This document shows positions 8,398 through 17,300 of a stretch of DNA of 64,000 nt, one piece after another (the stretch's first letter is position 1; every line of letters starts with the position of its first letter). The DNA comes from an uncultured virus (IMG/VR IMGVR_UViG_3300010885_015975) (taxonomy: Duplodnaviria; Heunggongvirae; Uroviricota; Caudoviricetes). The notes beneath the pieces are model-generated. The model had not been told where the DNA came from, made no database searches, and was given only the letters and a program-made list of their open reading frames with translations. Location: IMG/VR virus record IMGVR_UViG_3300010885_015975; one strand, 5' to 3'. Position numbers and translations under genes: made by a program.

Positions 8398-10110
8398 ATG
8401 AAGCCGTTAAATTTAGATAACTCACCATGTAGTCCAACGTCAAGTAATTGTGTTATTTGGCAAGGACCAGACTTGGCTTGTATTAAATTATGTAAGGGAG
8501 ATACAGTATCTGATGTTGTTGCTAAATTGGCTGCAGAATTATGTACTATCTTAGATCAACTTAATGTAAATAATTATGATCTAACATGTTTTAATTCAAG
8601 TGCATGTCCACCAGTAGATTTTCAAGCATTGATTCAATTCTTGATTAATCATATTTGTGCATTAGAAGGAGTTAGTCCTAATACAAATCCAAGTACATCA
8701 ACATGTCCTGATTGTGTAGTATCTATAGCACCATGTTTTATTATTGGTACACAAACTACTATGCAATTAGTAGACTATGTTCAAATGATTGGAGAAAGAG
8801 TTTGTGACTTAATTACAACTATAGATGGTTTACAGACTCAGATTAATAATATAGATGCTAGGGTAACTGTATTAGAGAATGCACCAAAAGAAACATTTAC
8901 ATTACCAAGTATTACTGTAGCCTGTACATTGTCACCGACTGTTCTTGGTGGATCAGCATACCCAATTGATACAATATTAAATGCATTGGTGAATGATCCT
9001 ACAAATGGATATTGTTCATTAATTGATGCAACAGGGATTGGTGCCGATTTATTTTCTGCAGTATCCTCGCAATGTATAACTTCTACAACACCTACTTTAA
9101 GTAATCCTCCAGTACCTTTTGGAACTGAATATTTAGGTACTTGGGTAGATACTCCTACAACAGTAGCAGATGCTATAACTAATCTTTGGATAGTAGTATG
9201 TGATATGTATGAAGCTTTAGATAACCTTAATACAATTACTGTAGAAGATACAAACACTGTTAGTTTAACATTGTCTCCTTCAAATGTTCTTACTGCTTTA
9301 GTACAGGATACTGGATGGCATCCTTTAAATGGATTTGAGTGGTATGGTCCAAATATTATTTCTCAACGTCCTAGAGCTAGAAGAATTGGAAATGTAATTT
9401 ATTTTAAAGGAATAGTTATGGTTCCTTTAGCAAATCCAATATCAGATGCACCAATTGTATGGGACTATCAAGCTCCAAGTATAAATACATATGCACCATT
9501 AACAACTATAAAACCTGCAGAAACTGGGGCAGGTTCTGTAGTTCTTAATTCAGGTGGTTCACTTGTTTTTAATCAAGGTAATTCTGTTATTCCAGCAGCT
9601 GTATTACCATTAGCTATAAATCTTGATGATAATTATTCATTTAATTGGGAAATGGCTTGGAGAAATATTCAAATGGTATCAGCTACTGCATCAATAACAA
9701 CTAGTATGTTAACTACTCTTTTTAGACCAATAATTACAATAGATAAAAAATTAGCTTTTCAATTAGTAGAAGATATTGAACAGTCAGCATCTAGTATTAC
9801 AGGTAATATTTATGGAACATCATTAGCAAATAATCTTATTTCAAATGTACAAACAGGTGAGTATGTTCCTTTTTATAGAGATGCAACTAGTGTAATGAAT
9901 AGTTCACCAGCATCTGGCTTACAATCTCTACAGTTACAATATGGAGTAGAGCTCGTATCAGGTGATACATATACTTTTCCATTTACTTGTCAAGCATCTG
10001 ATAAAGAACAAGTTGGTGGTTTTGGCTGGATTAAATTAGATCCATATTCAACATATATAAGTCCTTGTGCTGATCCTATACCAACACCAACACCATGTGT
10101 ACCATCCTAA
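8398..10110 (+). CDS. Tail fibre/spike protein
   Basis: N-terminal SSNCVIWQGPDLAC..GDTVSDVV anchor, short coiled coil (LQTQINNIDARVTVLE), and DTGWHPL...RRIGNVIYFKG receptor-binding-type head motif. Confidence 0.65.
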   Translation: MKPLNLDNSPCSPTSSNCVIWQGPDLACIKLCKGDTVSDVVAKLAAELCTILDQLNVNNYDLTCFNSSACPPVDFQALIQFLINHICALEGVSPNTNPSTSTCPDCVVSIAPCFIIGTQTTMQLVDYVQMIGERVCDLITTIDGLQTQINNIDARVTVLENAPKETFTLPSITVACTLSPTVLGGSAYPIDTILNALVNDPTNGYCSLIDATGIGADLFSAVSSQCITSTTPTLSNPPVPFGTEYLGTWVDTPTTVADAITNLWIVVCDMYEALDNLNTITVEDTNTVSLTLSPSNVLTALVQDTGWHPLNGFEWYGPNIISQRPRARRIGNVIYFKGIVMVPLANPISDAPIVWDYQAPSINTYAPLTTIKPAETGAGSVVLNSGGSLVFNQGNSVIPAAVLPLAINLDDNYSFNWEMAWRNIQMVSATASITTSMLTTLFRPIITIDKKLAFQLVEDIEQSASSITGNIYGTSLANNLISNVQTGEYVPFYRDATSVMNSSPASGLQSLQLQYGVELVSGDTYTFPFTCQASDKEQVGGFGWIKLDPYSTYISPCADPIPTPTPCVPS

Positions 10111-10121
10111 TATAAAATATA

Positions 10122-11915
10122 ATGAGCATTAATAACAAGTGTGCAAAGTGTGGATGTGAGGATAGTTATTTAACTACCCCTCCTCCATGTCCTACTGCAA
10201 TAGGATGTCCTTTTGAAGAGTGTGCTGAGATTCAGTATGCACAATGTATTATGTATACCGGAGGTGATATTTTATGTAATGAGGATTTAGTAGTTCCTAC
10301 AGATACAAACATGGAAGCTGCAATTACTAATATTGTAGATTACTTTTGTTTGCCGCCTATACCAGAAATTACTTGTAATGATGATATAGTAGTTGCAGAA
10401 GACTCTAGTATAAATGAAGCTTTAGAAGATATTGTTTCTTATTTTTGTTTACCTCCTATACCAGAAATTTTATGTGGAGAAGATATTGTTGTTACTGAAG
10501 ATTCAAGTATTAATGAAGCACTTGAAGATATAGTTTCTTACTTTTGTTCAACACCAATTCCACTTCTATTATGTGGAGCAGATACTGTTGTGCAACAAGA
10601 TTCTAGTATTAATCAAGCTTTAGAAGATATAGTAAATTATTTTTGTGATCATATTACAAATACAACAGCAAATAACGGACTTACAATGAGTCCCACTTCA
10701 AATAATGTACAATTAGGTGGACCTTTAATTCAAAATACAACTATTACTAATTCTACATTTGCTTTAAATATAAATAGTACTACAGTACCTGCATTAGCAT
10801 TACAAAGAACTTCTGCTTCTGGTTTTACATTAGATGTAAATCCTGCAGCAACTACTGCTCAAGCTATTTCTGCAAAATCTACTACAACTGGTTTTTTATC
10901 ACCTGTAGTAGATGTTGTGTGTCAGTCAGGAGGATTAATAGGATCTCAAGCTATAGGAGCTAAAGGACGTAATAATTTAGAAAATTCAGTATCTCCAATA
11001 AGTGCTGTTCCTGCTGTATATATTGAAACTTCAACAAGTTCTGCAGCTGGACCAACAAATTCAATTGCTTTAAGATTAGGAAGTACAGATAATGGTTCTT
11101 CTAGATCAGGAGTATCAATAGAGTTTGGAAATACTATTTCAGCTGGAAATAGTAATGCATATATTACAAATAGAATAATATCTAGAAAAACTAATAATAC
11201 AAGTGAAAGTTCAATGTCTTCTACATTTATAATTCAAGGTAAACCAACTGGAATTGTAGATCCTGAAGATCAACTAACTTTACAAAGTACTGGACAATTG
11301 CTTTTAAATAATTATGGTACAGGAACTTTTACAGGTATCCCTGCATATAATTTATCTACAACTGCTTTAGGAAATGTTATTGAAACTACTGCAGGTTTAT
11401 TTGGTACAGCTTTTAGAGGTTATATTAGCCCTGATAGTTTTCCTAGTTTAACTTTTAATAAATTTAATTCAAATATTTCTTTAGGTACTACTGTAGTATT
11501 TGATACTACTAATGGTGTTATACAATATGAAATAGAAAATGGAGTAAATGTTACTTCACAATATAATCAAATTACTGGAGTTTGGACATGTCCTCAAACA
11601 GGCAAATATGATTTAAGTTATAATGTATATTTAAGTTCACCTGCAAATACATATGGATGGGGTGAAGTAGGAGGAACTTTTACTATTGGTATAACAGATC
11701 CAACAGGTGCAGCAATTATTTATTGTGCAGATACTTTTACTGCTGTACAAAGTTTTTATTATGATAAAATTTATATGACAGGTGGTATGCAAGGTGTACC
11801 TATATCTGTAGGAACTCAAATAGTATTAAAAATACAAAATTTAACAGGTGTGGCTTATACTGAACAACGTACTCTTGGTGATAATATAGATTGGGCTATT
11901 AGAAGAGTAGGTTAA
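10122..11915 (+). CDS. Tail fibre protein with 33-aa repeats and C-terminal C1q/TNF-like domain
   Basis: AQCIMYTGGDILC anchor related to the 8398 protein; C-terminal YNQITGVWTCPQTGKYDLSYNV is C1q-like. Confidence 0.65.
   Translation: MSINNKCAKCGCEDSYLTTPPPCPTAIGCPFEECAEIQYAQCIMYTGGDILCNEDLVVPTDTNMEAAITNIVDYFCLPPIPEITCNDDIVVAEDSSINEALEDIVSYFCLPPIPEILCGEDIVVTEDSSINEALEDIVSYFCSTPIPLLLCGADTVVQQDSSINQALEDIVNYFCDHITNTTANNGLTMSPTSNNVQLGGPLIQNTTITNSTFALNINSTTVPALALQRTSASGFTLDVNPAATTAQAISAKSTTTGFLSPVVDVVCQSGGLIGSQAIGAKGRNNLENSVSPISAVPAVYIETSTSSAAGPTNSIALRLGSTDNGSSRSGVSIEFGNTISAGNSNAYITNRIISRKTNNTSESSMSSTFIIQGKPTGIVDPEDQLTLQSTGQLLLNNYGTGTFTGIPAYNLSTTALGNVIETTAGLFGTAFRGYISPDSFPSLTFNKFNSNISLGTTVVFDTTNGVIQYEIENGVNVTSQYNQITGVWTCPQTGKYDLSYNVYLSSPANTYGWGEVGGTFTIGITDPTGAAIIYCADTFTAVQSFYYDKIYMTGGMQGVPISVGTQIVLKIQNLTGVAYTEQRTLGDNIDWAIRRVG
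10269..10646 (+). repeat. Four degenerate 99-bp (33-aa) in-frame tandem repeats
   Basis: Units start at 10269, 10368, 10467 and 10566; consensus ILC.EDIVV.EDSSINEALEDIVSYFCLPPIPE. Confidence 0.9.
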
Positions 11916-11969
11916 AAAAATTTTATAAGAAGTTACGGTTTGTTGGTTACCTGTAACAACAAAGACATT

Positions 11970-11999
11970 GCCTCTGCACTTGCAGGGGCTTTGTTTTTT
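11970..11999 (+). terminator. Rho-independent terminator
   Basis: GCCTCTGCA-CT-TGCAGGGGC stem followed by TTTGTTTTTT. Confidence 0.8.
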
Positions 12000-12002
12000 A
12001 GT

Positions 12003-12038
12003 TACATTTGCTAATGTCAATTATTTTTAGTATATTAT
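12003..12038 (+). promoter_or_regulatory. Bacteroidota -7 element (TACATTTG, 12003-12010) plus late motif TTTAGTATATTAT (12026-12038)
   Basis: Matches the TAnnTTTG consensus and the recurrent intergenic motif, just after a terminator. Confidence 0.5.
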
Positions 12039-12039
12039 T

Positions 12040-12621
12040 ATGAGGGAATTTAACAAACCTAACTTAAATGCTTCTAGGTATAGACCTGAAGTATGCACTA
12101 TTTTGAACAAAGAGTTCTTTGATAACTTTAAAAAAACATATCCTAAATATAAGGATCTGGATAGTAAAATACTTAGAAAAATCATTAAAAGATTTAACCA
12201 AGTATTATATCAAACAGTGATTGATACAAGGGATGGTGTCCAATTACCTGAACAGATAGGTTGGTTATTTATTGGTACTTGTCAAAGAAGTAAAAAAGAT
12301 AATATTGATTTTGCTAAATCAAATAAATATGGAATACAAGTAAGCAATAAAAACTGGGACACAGATGGTAAACTAGCCAAAATCTTTTTTACAAACTATG
12401 CACCTAAACACAAAATGAAGAATAGAGAATTTTGGAGTTTTACTGCATGCAGAGAATTTAAAAGAGCTGTAGCTAAGTCATATCCTGATAATTGGAATAT
12501 GTATTTACAAGTATTACCAAAAGCAAAAATAGATAAAGTTTATAATAGTGTAATTTATAGAGATCATTTAAATAAAGTAAATAAAAAAGCTTTAGAAAAT
12601 TATAATGAATTTGAGATATGA
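12040..12621 (+). CDS. HU/IHF-like DNA-binding protein (crAss-like IHF family)
   Basis: Basic; RKIIKRFNQVL...DGVQLPEQIGWLFIG...F.ACREFKRAV matches the HU fold pattern; conserved position before the tail ring genes. Confidence 0.65.
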   Translation: MREFNKPNLNASRYRPEVCTILNKEFFDNFKKTYPKYKDLDSKILRKIIKRFNQVLYQTVIDTRDGVQLPEQIGWLFIGTCQRSKKDNIDFAKSNKYGIQVSNKNWDTDGKLAKIFFTNYAPKHKMKNREFWSFTACREFKRAVAKSYPDNWNMYLQVLPKAKIDKVYNSVIYRDHLNKVNKKALENYNEFEI

Positions 12622-13280
12622 CAACAATTGGAGAAGCTATATCAAGAGTTAGAAATACATTAAAAGCCGTAAAGGAAGATGCATTTCTAACTGATAGAAC
12701 CATTTATTATTCCATGATAAAATATGGACAAACTCTTTTGAAGAGGGAAGATAATCAATTTAGATTGATGAAGATAAGTTCTATCTTTAATGTGCTTCCT
12801 TATATTGAGTTAATTGACGTAGATAAAGTAGAAGCTAGTTGTATTGGTGTATACTCTGAATGTTATTTTAAAAGATCTAAAGATAAACTTCCTACAATTT
12901 TTGATGGTGCAATGGGTCCTATTATACGTACAGTATCTTCTATAGATGGATCTATAGAAATGTTCCGTACAGATCCGGGTACATGGGTATCAATTACAAA
13001 ATCAACAACATTTAAATATAATAGAAAACAATACTTCTGGTTTCTTAATGGATATATCTATTGTCCTAATGTAGATTGGGATGCTATTAGAATGGAAGCT
13101 ATTTTTGAAGGAGCTGTTGACACATGTGAAAGTGATGCTTGTTTAATTAGACAAGACAATCCATTACCTTTTCCTGAATACTTATTTTCTGAGATAGAGC
13201 AATTTGTTGTAAAAGAATTAACTATGGCTATACAAGTTCCAACAGATGGACCGGACGATAGTCAAAATGCATTAAGATAA
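12618..13280 (+). CDS. Tail ring/tubular protein
   Basis: 220 aa, ATGA overlap; YFWFLNGYIY, AIFE, P.D..DD C-terminus; crAss-like gene order. Confidence 0.65.
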   Translation: MTTIGEAISRVRNTLKAVKEDAFLTDRTIYYSMIKYGQTLLKREDNQFRLMKISSIFNVLPYIELIDVDKVEASCIGVYSECYFKRSKDKLPTIFDGAMGPIIRTVSSIDGSIEMFRTDPGTWVSITKSTTFKYNRKQYFWFLNGYIYCPNVDWDAIRMEAIFEGAVDTCESDACLIRQDNPLPFPEYLFSEIEQFVVKELTMAIQVPTDGPDDSQNALR

Positions 13281-14317
13281 TGGACTTTAACTACACTTTA
13301 AAATATAGAACATTTGACCAGTTGCTGGAAGATGTTACTATTGACTTAAATACATTTGCTCTTGAGAATATGATTGAGCCACAACAGCTTATCAAATTAG
13401 CTAAGAAGATTAATTATGATTTAGGTCTTAGAATTAATCAGACTAAGGAAGTTATTCTAGATGTGTGTCATCATAAGGTAAAACTACCTGATGATTTTTA
13501 CACTTTTAACTTTGCCATGATATGTGGGAACTTTAAGGAGATTGTTGGCTATGATGGTATGGCCGGTGGTACTAACATGCAAGAAGTACGTTATCAAGAA
13601 GTACCAGGAAATGTAGATGTATGTGCTATTGAAACTGTAAACTGTAGAACATGTAATTCAAACCCATGTAATCATACAGCTGCCTGTGACCTAAACCACC
13701 CTATAGTAGATCCAATTCCTACAGAATATGATCCATTAAATCCTTATGGTAATACATGTATTGCTCCAAGAGTATTCATGAACTGTAAAGGAGAGAAATG
13801 GGAACTTATTCAAGTTATTAATTCAACTACTACAAGACAGTATACGGCTTTAACTCCTTTAAGAATGAAAACAAGTCAGGAGATTGAGTGTGATTGTCCT
13901 AACTTATATTTTAATACACCTAATGAAGGTTGGATTAAATATGGATTTTTAAATACAACTTTTGAATCTGGTAAAGTATATTTAAATTATCAAGGAGATC
14001 TTACTGATGACAATGGTAACTTAATGGTTCCTGATCATGATTTATTGAATGAATATTATGAGTATGCATTGAAGTCTAGAATACTTGAAAATCTATTTTT
14101 AAATGGAGAAGATGTATCTCAAAGATTACAGCTTGTAGAATCAAGATTAAAACCTGCAAGAAATAATGCACTTAGTCTTGTTAATACTCCAAACTTTAGA
14201 GAGATGAAAGAAATGTGGTGGACTAATAGAAAAGCAATGTATGGTAAATATTACTATATGTTTATGAGTCATTCACCAAATGGTCCATATAGAAATGTCA
14301 ATAATAGAGTTCTTTAG
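13280..14317 (+). CDS. Tail tubular/ring protein (P22 gp4-like, crAss type) with Cys-rich insertion
   Basis: KVKLPDDFY, T.FESGKVYLNY.G...DDNGNLMVPD, EYYEYALK motifs; directly upstream of the muzzle-like gene. Confidence 0.7.
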   Translation: MDFNYTLKYRTFDQLLEDVTIDLNTFALENMIEPQQLIKLAKKINYDLGLRINQTKEVILDVCHHKVKLPDDFYTFNFAMICGNFKEIVGYDGMAGGTNMQEVRYQEVPGNVDVCAIETVNCRTCNSNPCNHTAACDLNHPIVDPIPTEYDPLNPYGNTCIAPRVFMNCKGEKWELIQVINSTTTRQYTALTPLRMKTSQEIECDCPNLYFNTPNEGWIKYGFLNTTFESGKVYLNYQGDLTDDNGNLMVPDHDLLNEYYEYALKSRILENLFLNGEDVSQRLQLVESRLKPARNNALSLVNTPNFREMKEMWWTNRKAMYGKYYYMFMSHSPNGPYRNVNNRVL

Positions 14318-14319
14318 TT

Positions 14320-17300
14320 ATGGCAAAAAATCAAGGTTTACAGGATACTGGTAAGATCACTACTAACTCTTTTGTAAAAGGGTTAAATAAAGATTCTGAC
14401 CCTTCATTTGTTACTGAAGGTATGTGGACCCATGCTATTAATATGGTTAATAATAGTATTGAAGGTGACATAGGTACATTATCTAATGAAATATCAAATA
14501 TACTTTGTGGCACTACAGGTAGAACTATGCCTGCTACAGTTACAGATAAATATATAATTGGTGCAATATATCTTTATTCAGATAAGTGGATAGTTTTTAC
14601 AGCTGGACACGGAAGTACTGGAAAAAGATTAATGTCTGAAATAGGATTGTTTGAAGAAGATGTATGTAAGTATAGAGAAATTGTACAAGATTCTTGTTTA
14701 AATTTTGATAAAAGATATCTTATATCTGGATCTTCTAGACAAAAAGAAGACTGTTCATGGCAAGTATATTGGGCAGATGGTTTTAATCCAGATAGATTTT
14801 TAAATGTTGGTGATCCACAAACTTGGCCTACACCAGATTATGCTTGGTTAGGTGGTGGTGCATCATCTATGAACTACTACTCAAACGGTGTCAATATAAG
14901 TTTTTTATGGCCAGGTGTAGCTTGGACTGAAAAAGTAGCTGTAGTTAATAATTGTGATTATGTAACTTTAATTAATACTTTAGATTGTCCTCATATTAGA
15001 TTAGCTAGACTGATGAAGACACCTTGTCTTAATTTATCAATAGGTCAACAAGGAGGAACTATAGCTAATGGTACATACTTTGCTTTAATTGCATATACAA
15101 TAAAAGGTCAAAAAGTAACTGATTACTTTTCTCAAAGTAATTTTCAATTTGTATATTCAGTAAATGATTTAGAGGGTTCATTAACTCTTGATGTAAGTGC
15201 GGATTACAAGAATTTTGATGAGTTTGAATTAGTAATTGTAGAAGCTACTAATCAACAAACTGTTGCAAGTAGAATAGGATTATATTCGACTACTACTACT
15301 AGAATTGCAATTGATCAAATTAATCCTAGTTTAGAAAAAATTCCACTTGAGATGTTACCAATACAAACACCTGTATTTGAAACATCAGATCAAATTACAG
15401 ATGTTAACAATTACTTGTTAAAAGTAGGTCCAAGATCTAAATTTGATTTCAACTATCAACCACTTGCTAATATGATTAGTGCAAGATGGGCTAGTGTTGA
15501 ATACCCAGCTGATTATTATATGAAAGGTGGTAATAAAACAAACTATTTAAGAGACGAGGTTTATACTTTTTATATTAGATGGGTATACACTACAGGAGAT
15601 AAATCTGCTTCATATCATATTCCAGGTAGAGCACCAAGAAATTTTAATGTACCTGGTGTAGGTTCTATATTTGAAACAGCTGATCTTGATGTAGCAAATT
15701 CTTTAGCAACAGATGACAAAGTATTTGAGGTATATAATACTGCAACTCAATTACCATATCCTGCAACAGTACAAAATGCAACTTTAAATGCATCTGGTCA
15801 ATGGGTAATGGATGATGGTGGTGTACTACTTGCTATAGGGGAGATGGGTTATTGGGAATCTTCAGAAATATATCCTGATAATAGACCTGATATATGGAAC
15901 GCTAGTGAATACTGTTGGACAGGTTCAGCAGCACAAGTTCCTCCTAATAGTACAGTAGGTCCATTTGATTTATGTGGTCAACATATTAGACAACATAAGT
16001 TTCCTGAAAATTTTATAAATAACAGTACAACAACTGATGCATTACACTTTAGACCAAATTCAAATATTACAACATCTGGTCAAAATTATAATATAAGATT
16101 AATGGGTGTTGTATTTGAAAATATAACTCTACCTAAAGATCAAGATGGAATTGATATTCCTGGTATTGCTGGTTATGAGATATTAAGAGGTTCTAGAGAA
16201 GGAAACAAAACTATCATTGCAAAAGGAATGGTAAATAACTTCCGTACTTTTAAACCAAGAGGAGCATTGGCACAAAACTTTACAGGATTATATGCTAACT
16301 ATCCGTATAATACTATTATACCAATAGGTAGTACAAACAGTGCTTCAAATAATAATTATCTTTATAATGATCCATACATTAAGAATGAACCTGTAAATGG
16401 TACTGTGGTTAATCAAAATATACCTACAGACATATTTACATTCCATTCTCCGGATACAATGTTTAGAACACCGTTTCTCTCTACTACAGAATTTAAAGTA
16501 TATGGAACATTAAATGGTTATGCTAACATGGCATTCCAAGAACCTAATGGACATCCAAAATGGAAACTACTATCTAATGCTGTTGTAGCTGCTATGATGG
16601 TAGGAGGGGTTATAGAGACTGTTATTGCTATGACTGGTAAGAGAACTTATAATATGCCACAACTTGCACCCTATACTGAACAATATAGAGGAACAGGTGG
16701 AGTTGGTGCAATTAATCTTGGAGCAAGTGCAACAGGGTCAGGAACATTTATTTCAGGAACAAGTACACCTGGATCTGGTGGTAGAATAGATGACTCTGTT
16801 GCACAAAATACTGCTTTAGGTACTATAATAAGACCTGCTGTAAATACTTATAATGCTTTTGTAAATAATTACTACCAATCAGGTCAAGCATTAGCAGATG
16901 TATTTATAGGTTTAGCTGCTGGTTATGAAAATACTTTTGCTGCTAATGCACAAAGTGCTCTTTTGGGAGCAGTTGATCTTGCAGGTAATGACGCTGGTAT
17001 AGTATCATTAGCTGTTGCTGGTTCAATTGAATTACCTAGGTATGCATATCTAGATCCTATTTCAAGAGGTTTAGGTGCATTAAATGCATTGGCATTTTAT
17101 TTTGCAGAAGGTGCTGAATTAGTATTAAAAACATTTTATGCTTTTATTCAATATCAACAATTTGCATTACAACAAGTAAGTCATGGTTTTTATGGTAACA
17201 TGACAAGTTTATCTACTACAGCATTAAGTAGATTTAGAATAGAAGATAGTTTTTACATTAGAGATAATGTACAAGAAGTTCCTAAGTATCAAACTAATAC

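Noticed and set aside
10269..10646. CRISPR-like array
   Set aside because: Repeats are in-frame, contiguous and degenerate at synonymous sites, with no unique spacers.
11940..11963. Hairpin TTGTTGGTTAC-CT-GTAACAACAA as an ncRNA or attenuator
   Set aside because: Short, weak, with a very small loop; no further structure supports an RNA gene.
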